This document shows, piece by piece, positions 30,771 to 43,429 of a DNA stretch of 64,000 bases. Position numbers and translations under genes: made by a program. The notes beneath the pieces were generated by a model, which saw nothing but the letters and a program-made list of their open reading frames with translations, did no database searches and had not been told where the DNA came from. Source of the stretch: Rhynchobatus australiae (lineage: Eukaryota); NCBI GenBank assembly GCA_034780895.1, contig JAUZTB010000070.1, positions 21,370,818 through 21,434,817 on the forward strand, given 5' to 3'. Numbering within the stretch: position 1 is the first letter of the stretch; each line of letters opens with the position of its first letter.

Positions 30771-32599
30771 AAGCAACAAACAAAGTACTGGAGGAACTCA
30801 GTGGATCAAGCAGCATCTGCAGAGGGAAATGGACANNNNNNNNNNNNNNNNNNNNNNNNNNNNNNNNNNNNNNNNNNNNNNNNNNNNNNNNNNNNNNNNN
30901 NNNNNNNNNNNNNNNNNNNNNNNNNNNNNNNNNNNNNNNNNNNNNNNNNNNNNNNNNNNNNNNNNNNNNNNNNNNNNNNNNNNNNNNNNNNNNNNNNNNN
31001 NNNNNNNNNNNNNNNNNNNNNNNNNNNNNNNNNNNNNNNNNNNNNNNNNNNNNNNNNNNNNNNNNNNNNNNNNNNNNNNNNNNNNNNNNNNNNNNNNNNN
31101 NNNNNNNNNNNNNNNNNNNNNNNNNNNNNNNNNNNNNNNNNNNNNNNNNNNNNNNNNNNNNNNNNNNNNNNNNNTGCACAAATCTAGAGTCATAGAGTCA
31201 CACAGCACAAGAACATACCCTTCAGCCCACCTTCATTGTTGAATAACAATTACCTATCTATACTAATCCCATTTACCAGCACTTGGTCTGCAGTCTTCTA
31301 TGCCTTGGATTGCTTATACTTTTATGTAAAAAACAGTTATTGGACATCGCCTGGCTCCGAAAAAGCGGCATGTGACAGTTCTTTCATTTTTACAGAAATC
31401 ATTATCAGTTGATATAAATTTGCTTTCTTTTCATGACCCTTGTCAATTATCTTTTATCTATGTCAGATTAATTTGCTTATAAGTGGACTGTGGACCATAT
31501 TCCTAGTTATCTGCTCCTCCCTGTACAAAGTATTTTCCACTCTCCATTGCAGTCCTCAATGCCTCAAAACCAGTAACAGCTGGTGAAAAGTCATGCAAGT
31601 ATCTGTGCAGTCAGAATGATGGAGCCACACTACAGGAAATTTGAATAAAAGGCAAGAAGCTGTGTATCGGGCAGAAAGGTTTCATGGAGTTGATGAGGCA
31701 CCGTTTGGATGCTGATAGGCTGTATCACTCCTGTGAGAAGAATTCCTTTACAATTAGAATTACAAAAAAATGCAACAGTTTTGATTCTCAGATTGTGCTG
31801 AGTCAGCTAATTTTACCAAGAGCTGCAGTTTCTCTCAGAAGAGAAATCAGTTAAAATTCCTCATTTTGATTGATTTCAGTGTTTTTTTTCTGGAATTGAT
31901 CACATTCCATCTTGCCTGCGATGCTCTACCACTGTATAACATGGGATAACATACTGTCTTATCTCATGAAGGAAGAATGGCACTTAGAAAATTTATTAAT
32001 GGCTAACTACTGTTTATAGAACTTTTGCCACATCAGAGAATTAATCTCTTTGGGAAAGGAAGAAAAGATGAGAGAAAAAAGAGTTGCAATACGAAACTTC
32101 TCTTACGCTATGATCAGGGGCAAGCATTGCAAGGTTACTCAAGAGCAAAAAGAAATATCTTAATGTCGAGGATTGTTGGGATACAGATTACTTTGTCGCT
32201 GAGTGTTTGAAATTGATATTCTTGCATTTTTAAGGAAAAATCTGTTAATACTTGAAGCAAAGACAGTTTAATGGGGTTAGGACAGAGAAATGGAATTAAT
32301 TTGAACAAAGAGCCAGATTTGACACACTAGAAGTACAGTACAGTAACCATTATAGCTCCAGTTAAATAGAAATAAAATATTTTTACAGAATGTTTAACTA
32401 GTCCTGGTTGGTAGTGGCCTCTATTTGCTGTCATGTTGTTGTGTTTGATTATTCTCTGGTGTATAGAGCATTTGCTGTGTGCCTGATTGTTCAGTACTAT
32501 GTTATGTGATAACTATATTGAAAGTTGACTTTTCCAGGTGCAGCCTGACCTGCTGAGTATTTCCAGCATTTTCTGGTTTTGTTTTGGAAAACCAGGATA

Positions 32600-33160
32600 T
32601 GTTGATGAGGGGCCGAAGGACTGGAGGATGGCTAATGTTGTGCTTTTATTTAAAAAGGCTGCAAGGAAAGCCTGGGAATTATAGACTAGCGAGCATTATG
32701 TCAGTGGTGGTAAGTTATTGGAGGAGATTCTGTGAGAGAAAATTTGGAGAGGCAAGGATATATTACGGATAGTCAGCATGGCTTTGTGGTGGGAAATCCT
32801 GTCTCATGAATTTGATTAGTTTTTTGAAGAGGTGACCAAGAAGATAGATGAGGACAGCATGGGAGATGTTGTCTACGTGGACTTTATCAAGGCTCGTCCA
32901 GAAGGATAGTTCACATGGGATCCAGGACAAATTAGACAATTGGATACTAAATTGGCTCAATAGTAGGAGACAGGGTGGTGGTAGAGGGTTGTTTTTCAGA
33001 CTGGAGGCCTGTGACCAGCAGTGTACTGCAGGAATCAGTGCTGGATCCACTGCTGTTCACCATTTGTATTAACGATTTGGATGAAATGTAGGTGACATGG
33101 TTAATTAGTTTGTGGATGACACTAAAATTGGTGGTAGAGTGGAGAGCAAAGAAGGTTATC
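32600..33160 (+). mobile_element. CR1 RT, left part of an interrupted copy
   Basis: [48 protein letters not shown]. Confidence 0.9.
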
Positions 33161-34000
33161 NNNNNNNNNNNNNNNNNNNNNNNNNNNNNNNNNNNNNNNN
33201 NNNNNNNNNNNNNNNNNNNNNNNNNNNNNNNNNNNNNNNNNNNNNNNNNNNNNNNNNNNNNNNNNNNNNNNNNNNNNNNNNNNNNNNNNNNNNNNNNNNN
33301 NNNNNNNNNNNNNNNNNNNNNNNNNNNNNNNNNNNNNNNNNNNNNNNNNNNNNNNNNNNNNNNNNNNNNNNNNNNNNNNNNNNNNNNNNNNNNNNNNNNN
33401 NNNNNNNNNNNNNNNNNNNNNNNNNNNNNNNNNNNNNNNNNNNNNNNNNNNNNNNNNNNNNNNNNNNNNNNNNNNNNNNNNNNNNNNNNNNNNNNNNNNN
33501 NNNNNNNNNNNNNNNNNNNNNNNNNNNNNNNNNNNNNNNNNNNNNNNNNNNNNNNNNNNNNNNNNNNNNNNNNNNNNNNNNNNNNNNNNNNNNNNNNNNN
33601 NNNNNNNNNNNNNNNNNNNNNNNNNNNNNNNNNNNNNNNNNNNNNNNNNNNNNNNNNNNNNNNNNNNNNNNNNNNNNNNNNNNNNNNNNNNNNNNNNNNN
33701 NNNNNNNNNNNNNNNNNNNNNNNNNNNNNNNNNNNNNNNNNNNNNNNNNNNNNNNNNNNNNNNNNNNNNNNNNNNNNNNNNNNNNNNNNNNNNNNNNNNN
33801 NNNNNNNNNNNNNNNNNNNNNNNNNNNNNNNNNNNNNNNNNNNNNNNNNNNNNNNNNNNNNNNNNNNNNNNNNNNNNNNNNNNNNNNNNNNNNNNNNNNN
33901 NNNNNNNNNNNNNNNNNNNNNNNNNNNNNNNNNNNNNNNNNNNNNNNNNNNNNNNNNNNNNNNNNNNNNNNNNNNNNNNNNNNNNNNNNNNNNNNNNNNN

Positions 34001-34680
34001 TCCCAAGTCCCTCTGCACAACAGCATGCTGCAATCTTTCACCATTTAAATAATAATCTGATCTTCTATTTTTCCTTCTGAAGTGGATGACCTCACATTTA
34101 CCAACATTATACTCCATCTGCCAGACCCTTGCCCACTCACTTAAACTATCTATATCTCTCTGCAGGCTCTCCACCTCCTTTGCACAATTTGCTTTTCTAC
34201 TCAATTTAGTGTCATCAGCAAACTTAGATACGCTACATTCGGTCCCCTCTTCCAAATCATTAATGTATTTCGTAAACAGTTTCGGGCCCAGCAGCGACCC
34301 CTGCGACACCCCACTCACCACTGGTTGCCAACCAGAGGAACCATTTATCCCAACTATCTGCCTTCTGTCAGTGAACCAATCCTCTATCCATGCTAATACA
34401 TTATCCCCAACTCCATGCATCCTTATCTTATGGATGTCTTTTATGTGGCACTTTATTGAATACCTTCTGGAACTCCAAGTATACAAAATCCACATGTCCC
34501 CTTCTATCCAGTGCGTTCATTATATCCTCAAAGAACTCTAGTACATTTGTCAAACAGGACCTGCCCTTTCTGATCCATGCTGTGTCTGCAGTTTCTGCCA
34601 CTACCCTGGGATGCATCCCATCAGGACCAAGGGACTTGTCTACCTTTAGGCCCACTAGTTTGCTCAGCACTGCCTCTTAA
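34001..34680 (-). mobile_element. CR1 RT of a different subfamily, nested
   Basis: GVSQGSLLGPKLFTKYINDL...SKFADDTKL...LQRDIDSLSEWARVWQMEYNVGKCEVIHF. Confidence 0.93.
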
Positions 34681-35272
34681 GTTCCTTAAAAGTGGCCACA
34701 CGGGTCAACAGGTGGTGGAGATGGTGTTTGGCATGCTTGCCTTCATTAGTCAGGGCACTGAGTACAGGAGTAGAGGCATCATGTGACAGCTGTACAAGAC
34801 GTCAATAAGGCCACATTTAGAGTACTGCGTACACTTCTGTCACCCTGCTGTAGGAAGGGTGTCATTAAACTGGAAAGAGTGCAAAAAAGATTTACATGGA
34901 TATTACCAGGACTGGAGGGTTTGAGTTATAAGGAAAGGCTGGATAAGCTAGGATTTTTTTTTCCCCTGGAGCGTAGGTGGCTGAGCGATGACCTTATAGA
35001 GGTTATAACATCATGAGGGGCATAGATAAGGTGAATAGCCACAGTCTTTTCCTCAGCGTAGGGGAGTCCAAAATTGGAGGCCATAAGTTTAAATTGAGAT
35101 AGGAAAGATCTAAAAGGGACTTGAACGGCAATTCTTTTATACAGAGGAAAACGAACTGCCAGAGGAAGTGATAGAGGTGGGTTCAATTACAACACTAAGA
35201 AAACATATGGACAGGTACACGAATAGGAAAGATTTAGACGGATATAGGCCAGATGCAGGCAAATGGCACTAG
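34681..35272 (+). mobile_element. CR1 3' part, right part of the interrupted copy
   Basis: SLKVAT.VNR...FGMLAFISQGTEYRS, LERVQKRFTWILPGLEGLSYKERLDKLG. Confidence 0.9.
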
Positions 35273-35959
35273 NNNNNNNNNNNNNNNNNNNNNNNNNNNN
35301 NNNNNNNNNNNNNNNNNNNNNNNNNNNNNNNNNNNNNNNNNNNNNNNNNNNNNNNNNNNNNNNNNNNNNNNNNNNNNNNNNNNNNNNNNNNNNNNNNNNN
35401 NNNNNNNNNNNNNNNNNNNNNNNNNNNNNNNNNNNNNNNNNNNNNNNNNNNNNNNNNNNNNNNNNNNNNNNNNNNNNNNNNNNNNNNNNNNNNNNNNNNN
35501 NNNNNNNNNNNNNNNNNNNNNNNNNNNNNNNNNNNNNNNNNNNNNNNNNNNNNNNNNNNNNNNNNNNNNNNNNNNNNNNNNNNNNNNNNNNNNNNNNNNN
35601 NNNNNNNNNNNNNNNNNNNNNNNNNNNNNNNNNNNNNNNNNNNNNNNNNNNNNNNNNNNNNNNNNNNNNNNNNNNNNNNNNNNNNNNNNNNNNNNNNNNN
35701 NNNNNNNNNNNNNAGGTATGTCAGCTATGTGGAAAGACTGGATAAGCTGGAATATCTCCATAAGGAAAGCCGTTTAAAAGGAGGTGAAATGGCGTTGATC
35801 AAAATCACAAGTGATAGGATAGGTAGGGAGAAGCTGACCCATGGTAAAAGTTTCAGCAGTAAAAGGAAACATGATTGGTTAAAGAATCAAAGAAAACATG
35901 AGAAAATAATTTTCTACGTAGGGAATTGTGATTTGGAACACACGGCCTGACAGAGCAAG

Positions 35960-36640
35960 AGGAACTTTACAAATTAATGATCTTTCATCAAAATGGAGAA
36001 GTATAGAAGCAATAGTTTAAATCAAGTACAGTGGCAGGGAAAGCGGGGTGAGGAGCAAGAGGGAAGGTTTGTTATCAAGTAGTGGGCAGATATGATTCAG
36101 CTAACAAAAGGGAGAAGGATAAAAAGAGAGCAAAGGGGCATGTAAAGGAGCAAAAGGTGAGTCTAGAAGAAAAACAGTGGAATCAAAACCCATAACCAAA
36201 AACTGTTGTCTGTTGATAGGCAGCAGTGTCTCTGAGTTGAGCGTATTGAACTTAGTGTTGAGTCTGGAGGATCACAAAGTGGCTAATCAAATGATAAGAT
36301 TTCTCTTGAGCTTCATTAGAATAGTAAAGAAGATCCGCGATATACAGATCAGATTTATCCTGAATGAAGGTGTTAAGCAATGTGATTTCCCAATTAGAAT
36401 TTGGTATCCCCAAAATGGCAGGGGGAATTACATCCTGAGCATCAAATACATTATACCATACTCAAAGATGTCTGAATAAATAACTGAACTGGAATGTGTG
36501 TTAGGGGCCTTAGATTGTGAGAGTGGAACATGTAAAAGAGCATCTGCTCTGACAACAGTAAGATTTTTAAATTCCTCATCCTTGTTTTCAGGTATCTTCA
36601 CGAACTTCACCCTTTTCTGCGGTTTCTTCCAGCACTTTGC
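35960..36640. mobile_element. Penelope-like element relic
   Basis: Purine-rich mirror of the 24.6-kb element with a decayed terminus ('ctttcatcaaaatggag') and a right end 'ttcttccagcactttgct'. Confidence 0.45.
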
Positions 36641-36689
36641 TCATCAGAGTTTCACTTCCACCTAACTTTAACCACTTTAACATTGGTGA

Positions 36690-36901
36690 CAATTCTTTTA
36701 GCCACCTTGGCCTTAAGCAATGGAATTCTCTGCCTGAAATTCTCCACCTTTGCATCTCTTGGACCTTACTTGAAACATAATTCTTATATTAAGCCTTTGT
36801 CATCTCCCTCTGTGGTTCATATCAATTTTCTTTGCTTTTTAGTACTCCTGTTAAATGCTTTAAGATGGTTCAACATAGTGAAGGCACAATGTAAATGCAA
36901 G
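36690..36901 (+). mobile_element. L2-type LINE 3' end
   Basis: 'tggaattctctgcctgaa...gtactcctgttaaatgctt...aaggcacaatgtaaatgcaag' tail. Related minus-strand tails at about 39510-39900, 39980-40080, 40420-40720 and 10530-10620. Confidence 0.6.
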
Positions 36902-37069
36902 GGACAAAACATTTGGTCGTGCGATCACCTGCCCCTTCAGTTTCTCCCACCTAACTGTCAAGGGTTACAAACTCTGCTCCAAGGTGGATTAACAATTAAT
37001 GTTTTAAAGTAAAGTCAATCAAAACTATTCTCAGAAAAAAATCTTTATTCCCATGTGCCTTAACCTTTT

Positions 37070-38250
37070 TACACTAGTGGGACCTTGTCAAATGCCTTAC
37101 AAAAGTCCATAGAGACAATATCTACTCCCCTGCCTTCATCAATCTCCTTTGTTATTTCCTCAAAGAACTCAGTCAAATTATTTATACAGGATTTTTCCCT
37201 CACAAAGCCATGCTGACTATCCCTTATCAGTCTCTGCCTTTCCAAATGAACACAAGCCCTGTCCCTTAGAATTTTCTCCAATAATTTCCCTACTTCCCCT
37301 TCTCCTTTTGACATATGACTCATCAGCTGTCACAATGTTGATCGAGAGCAAACTCAGAGAACCCAAATGTGGCACACCAATACAAGACTGAAGTCAGGAT
37401 AGGACAAACACAGGCAGTAACTGGAAGGAATCTTGCCTCAGAGATCGGAAGAGGAATCCCAACACGAACTGGATCTTNNNNNNNNNNNNNNNNNNNNNNN
37501 NNNNNNNNNNNNNNNNNNNNNNNNNNNNNNNNNNNNNNNNNNNNNNNNNNNNNNNNNNNNNNNNNNNNNNNNNNNNNAGTCTGATGTCCCAACCACCCAG
37601 GGAACCGCATGTACCTGATCCAGAGCCCTACACAGGGGATCTGGGAAAATGCCGGTCCTTCCTACTACAATGCCTGTTCGTTTTTGAACTGTAGCCCTCC
37701 ATGTACTCCACTGAGAGATCCAAGGTCACATTCATCGTGGGGTTGTTGTGAGGAAGGGCGCTGGAATGGGCCACTGCCATCTGGGACCATCAGCCAGAGA
37801 CTTGCTCCTCGTTTCACACCTTCCAGTTGCTGCCTGTGTTTGTCCTGAGGAAGTATCCTGACTCCAGTCTGATATCGGTCTGGCGCATTTGGTTCTCTGT
37901 GAGTTTGCTCAACATTGTGACATCAGCCTGCAGTTACCTGGTTTATCCCAGCTGCCCTTCTTAAATAAAGGAGCATTTAGCTAACATCTAGTTTTCTGGT
38001 ACCATACCTGTGGCTAACAAAGATACAAAAATCTCTATCAGGGTTCCAGCAGTCTCTTCGCTTGTTTCCCATAGCTTTCTAGGATGCTATTGATCTCATC
38101 TACCTGGGGATTCATTCTCCCTTGTGTGTTCCAAGACATCTAACACATTCACCTTCTTAATACCAATATGCTCCACACAGTCAAAGTACCCCTCCCTGAA
38201 CTCACTATCTTCTACATCTTTCTCTTTAGTGAATACAGATGAGAAGGACT
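37070..38250 (-). mobile_element. CR1 RT relic, split by the 37328-37922 insertion
   Basis: PGNCRL|MSHMS..GKLLEKILRDR..HLERQRLIRDSQHGFVREKSCINNLTEFFEE..VDIVSMDFCKAFDKVP. Confidence 0.88.
37328..37922 (+). mobile_element. Inverted-repeat element (TG..CA ends, 5-bp TSD TCAGC) carrying a Ty3/Gypsy gag fragment
   Basis: TIRs at 37328-37428 and 37819-37922. TSD at 37323-37327 and 37923-37927. 37593-37822 reads [72 protein letters not shown], a sushi/RTL-type capsid. Confidence 0.88.
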
Positions 38251-41200
38251 TCGCCCACATCCCCAGCTGTGACATAGATTATTCTATAGATTTCCATCTG
38301 TATATTTGGCTGAGGTTTGGTAAAAATTTCTGTGAAATATTTAAACAGATATTCTTCTGAATTACAGACCACTGTAAGGTAATCCCCCCCATACCCTTCC
38401 CCAGTTCTATTATGTACTTACACACTGAAATGGACCATACAGAATTTGAATCACGTGAAAACAGAAGTAAAACATTACCATAATCAGAATAAACACACAC
38501 CAGACAGCAATAAAATGCCTGAAGTAAAATTGCCAGGATTTGAAAAGAAAAGAAAAATGACATAAATGAGCCTGGTTTACTGGTTTAAAAGAATCTTAAT
38601 ATGTTTACTTTTGAATAGGAGCTAGCTGCTTAATGCCTCGGTGTTAGGACCTGGCAACAGAGGCACATGACTTGCTGTAAAATGAAAGCAGTTTTTGGTT
38701 CCTTTGGTTTACACCCATACACGGAAGAATAGCTTCTTGTTTGAGGGCAATGAAAGTCAAAGCTTCCACTACAAAATGGTGAATTTCTCCAACCAATAAA
38801 TTTTGTGGAAAGAATCTATGTTGACCATTGACAAACACAAATGGGGAAGGAGAATGACTAACACTCCCTGTAATCAGCTCATGAATGTGTTATGCCAGCA
38901 TTGCAAACATTGATAAGCAGAAAACATAACTACAGACAGACATCTGCCAGATCTTTCATATATTCAGAGGTGATATCTGTTATGATGCTTATTAACTGTA
39001 ATATTTTGCTTTATTGCAAAAAGAAATTTAGCTATATCTCTTTAACAGATGAAAGTTGATGAGAATGTCAGGAATGTGAAGCTCCACCTAGAAAGCATTC
39101 CACAGCAAGGATGGATCCAGTAGTGATTACATTATTCTCACCATGAACTACCTTGACAGGTTTATTGAAATCCAATCAAAGCATTGTTATTCATGCACTG
39201 GGCAAAATCAAAATTTACTGAGTATTTTAATATATCTAGAAAACAATATTTTCATACATAAAATAACATATTTCTTATATTTATGTATGCTAGTGAGTCA
39301 CCACAGGAAAATTCACAGTTTTTATTACAGCACTGAGATGTTTGCAGTTGTACTAAGCTCTGCCATTTTGCTCAATGCTTCAAGTTTTTGCTTTGGCTTA
39401 ATTAACCTACCTCTGCAAAAAGAGGTCATGCAGAATTAATAGCTTTGAAAATCAACAACAACTGTTCTGTGTATTTCTGCTCTGACATTGGTGCGAGTTT
39501 GTTAAAGCAGCAACTTTCATTTATATTGCACATGTAGATGTAACATTCTAAGATACTTCATAGGTGTATTATCAAACAAACTTAAACACCATGTTACATA
39601 AGTTGATGACTAAACAGGCAACTAAAGGCTCTGTGAATGAGAAGGCAAGATAGAAATGAGTTGGAACGACATTTGGAGGGATTTCCAAAGTTGAGGNNNN
39701 NNNNNNAGTTGAGGGCTTAGTGAAGTCAAGACAATCCTGTAACAATATTTATAGGCCTTGTGCACCAGGCCAAAAATCAGAGGAGAGTGAAGATATTAAC
39801 ATCCTCTGGATCTCTAGGAGTTTACAGTTGAAAAGGAAGGGAAGGATTTGAAATCAAGGAATCTAAAATTTGATGTTTTGCTGGGTCAGGAGCATTGGAA
39901 CAGTGGAACCTTCATGTAAGAAAACAAAGGCCTTTTCACCTGGCCACAACTTAGCAATGTTTTGACCATTGCGGGCACTAGCACAACTTTCATTTATGGT
40001 ACACCTTCAGTTTAGTGAAAACTTCCAAGGCACTTCCCTGGAATAGTTTCAGAAATAATTTCAAATAGTCAGACACCATGCCATAATCTATCTAGCCCTT
40101 CTGCTCAGTTATATGAATGGTGAGTTAAGGTGGATTCTTCAGCTGTGCCATGTATTGCCACTGTTGTGAGTGATAGGGAGGGGCACATAAGGAATTCAAT
40201 AACCTCACTGCAGGATCCATTTATTTCAATTATGTCCTGAGAGACCAGTTATAGGGACTCACTCAAATACTTTTGCACAGAGGAGCGAGGGACAACAAGC
40301 ATGAGAATTCTTTTTTAAATTACTGAGTTGTCAAGGTGCCAGTCTGTTTGTTAGCAAGCATAGGTATGATGGTAAATGAGTCTAAGAGTGAGTTAAGATA
40401 GGGCAACAGGGTTTTGGGCAGACAACATTTGACACAGAGCCACATGAGGAAGTATTAGGACAAAAGACTTAAAAAATTAGAGAAATAACTTTATTAGGAA
40501 CAATTTAGAGGAAGAGAGCAAGATTTAAGGAGGGAATTTTATACATCTAAAAGTATAGTTGCTAATGGTGGGGATAAAGGAAGTTATGAATACTCAAGGC
40601 CAAAGTTAGAGTAACACAAAGTTTTCAGAAAGTTATAGGGTTTGAGATGGGGAAGAATGTGACCATGAAGGGACTTAATTGCAAGGGTGAGAATTTTAAA
40701 TTTGGGGCCTTTCACCCCACCCAATGCATGACTCAAAAACTTCTGTCTGGATCATGGATCAGAAATAAGGTTTCTGATAAGGTACATATTGGTGCTAATT
40801 CTAGAATTTTTGCCTGTTGTTTAGTTTTGGCCCCAATAAAGAAATGAAACATTGCCAATACACCTGTGGAAGAACACAGCTTGGATAATACACTGGACAG
40901 ACCAACACAGCATCTAAAAGACTGTGCCTTGTTGGATGTCAGCAGCTGCATAAGAGAGAGGTGGAGACCAGGTGAAAATTAGAGAGGGAACATTGTTAAT
41001 TTATAATATATAACAAAATCAAATAAAACATACCAAGTGTGATTGGAAAAATGCCAAGTATTTCTTAATGTTAGCAGATGGACGGAAATAACAGTTTCAA
41101 TATCTTCCTGTTTATTAGTTAATTTAATCATTCCCTTGGTTTATAGCTAGCTGACAATGACAAGAGCCATGTGCATTCATTTTCCTGGATATGCATGATT

Positions 41201-42759
41201 AATAAATGGTCTTTTGTTGTCTCCAGTTATCATGCCTGAAATTGAGTTTATTGTATTCAATTTACATTTGATATTCATTGGACTTTGTTGCTTTCATAGG
41301 AAGTTGACCTAACATGAATCTGACACTGGAAACAGGGAACAGCTGTACCTTGTAGGAACATAATTTCCAACATCACCTGCATATACTTCGTTAGCAGTTA
41401 TCTGTTTCTAGTCACAATTATCAAAACATAATAAGGTGTATATTCTTTCTAAGCAATCTATATATGCAGGAAGAATAATAATTGCAACTGGAAGAGATTA
41501 AGATGATGTTGCAAAAGCCATTTTTGGATTATGATATCTAATTTTTGTGTTTATTATTCCATGGCTTTGAATACTGTCGGGTGTTATCCATTGTAAGTTT
41601 TATAAGGCCTGAATCAATGTACAGTAACAGTCTGCTGCAGTTGCTTCAAAAGACACACCCTGTGGTCAGATAGAGGGCAAATCCTGTTAGCCACATCCTG
41701 AGGTTAATGATAAACAAGGGAAATCTTAAATTTGTTTTTAAGTTGCATCTTACTCAACAAAGTACAACTTTTTAAGTGACTTTTATTTTCTGAGTAATTT
41801 GGAAAAATTTGAACTTCACATTGATTCACTGATTTTGCATTGATTAAACCTGCAGCAGCACAACCTACAGAGAGGCGGTGAATCAATGACAGCAACTTCT
41901 GAATTTACATGTTTAACCGCAAATATGCAAACCTGTTATCATTCGTCCACTAAACNNNNNNNNNNNNNNNNNNNNNNNNNNNNNNNNNNNNNNNNNNNNN
42001 NNNNNNNNNNNNNNNNNNNNNNNNNNNNNNNNNNNNNNNNNNNNNNNNNNNNNNNNNNNNNNNNNNNNNNNNNNNNNNNNNNNNNNNNNNNNNNNNNNNN
42101 NNNNNNNNNNNNNNNNNNNNNNNNNNNNNNNNNNNNNNNNNNNNNNNNNNNNNNNNNNNNTTTTAATACTGCTTCCCCACCACCACCTTCCAGCACTTTC
42201 ACTATTATTGTCATTGTAAATTTTATTTAGCCCCTTTAGAATCTTAAAACCACCTATTACATTGGTTTAAAATTTGCAGTGAAAATAATGGATTAATTAT
42301 CAGTATTCATTGTGTGACAGATGAAAACTGACAATCAGAATGCATATTCACAGGTAAACATGGAAATTCAGAATGCTGTCAATGATTCATCACTTCTTCA
42401 CAGACAATTGTTCTTCATATTCCATCATTCCATCCCCTTAATCATTCTGGTTTCTCACTAATGCATCTTCACAGCTGCTACAATAACACTTTGGTACTAT
42501 GGTGGCTAGAATGGTACAAAGTATTTTAATTGTTATTAATAGTGGTGAGATTACTGCACTCATTTGGCTCAGTGTTCACCTTGTTACAAAATTCCAACAT
42601 CTTCTATTACTCTCTGCCACTGAGCACTACTGTGGTAGCTCCAATTATTTATTAGTAAGTACCTATCTGGGGAACTTTGCACCATCCTCCTAGTTTGCTT
42701 TGTTCAGTGTTGGTGAGAGGACAATCCTTGACAATAGACACTGTCATTTGTGTCTCACT

Positions 42760-42800
42760 GATCCTGCAAAAGGGATCCTGCAAAAGGGACCCTGCAGAAG
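42760..42800. repeat. 14-bp tandem repeat, about 3 copies
   Basis: gatcctgcaaaagg gatcctgcaaaagg gaccctgcagaag. Confidence 0.85.
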
Positions 42801-43429
42801 TGAAAGTTAGCTGCACATAATCCTTGATCCACTAAGTCTCTCCAGCAGGCCACTATTAGTATGGTAACTAATCCATTAGTGTTTGATGTTAATTAATTGT
42901 CAATCTGGAAGCACAAACCTCTTTAATTTTCCCCTGAACATTATTATCTTTCCATTTAAATAATAGTCCCTTCTTAGTCGTCTTTGTTCCCAGATAAAAC
43001 ATTTTGGAGAGAAGAAAAATCATTTGTCTGCCACTTCCCAAATGCTTATCCTGGAATCTGGTGTAGCTCCATGAGCGAGGGACGGTTATAAATCTTATCC
43101 ACAATTAGGTGCAGTTACTGCAGGTATTAATGATTGCTGAAATCCAAAATGGCAGTCTATCTGCAGTCTTCAGCAACAACAAATTCTAAGGTTTGCCAGT
43201 TAGCCAAATGAATCTCCCAGGCTTTCAAATGCTCTTGTTCCTGTTTTATTTTCTGAGCGCTAGGCAGAGGTAGATTTGATTCTATACATGGTTCTTCTGT
43301 TTGCTGGAGGTTGTCTTAACCTTTCTCCTGTTAGGCTCATTCCTTTACTCCCACTACTTCCTTCAAGTGTTTTTATTACCAGTTTTAATTCTGCAACATT
43401 GATGCTAGTATGCCAGTCAAATATAAGGA

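Noticed and set aside
32947-34495. Long ORFs (up to 457 aa) in the ORF track, also at 12.2-13.0, 30.7-31.2 and 35.2-35.8 kb
   Set aside because: They are long only because N runs contain no stop codons.
34001-35272. Twin-priming 5' inversion of a single CR1
   Set aside because: The two halves look like different subfamilies, and the plus half continues the copy left of the gap, so nesting fits better.
39049-39160. AG acceptor followed by MKVDENVRNVKLHLESIPQQGWIQ*
   Set aside because: No recognisable homology, early stop and a poor donor.
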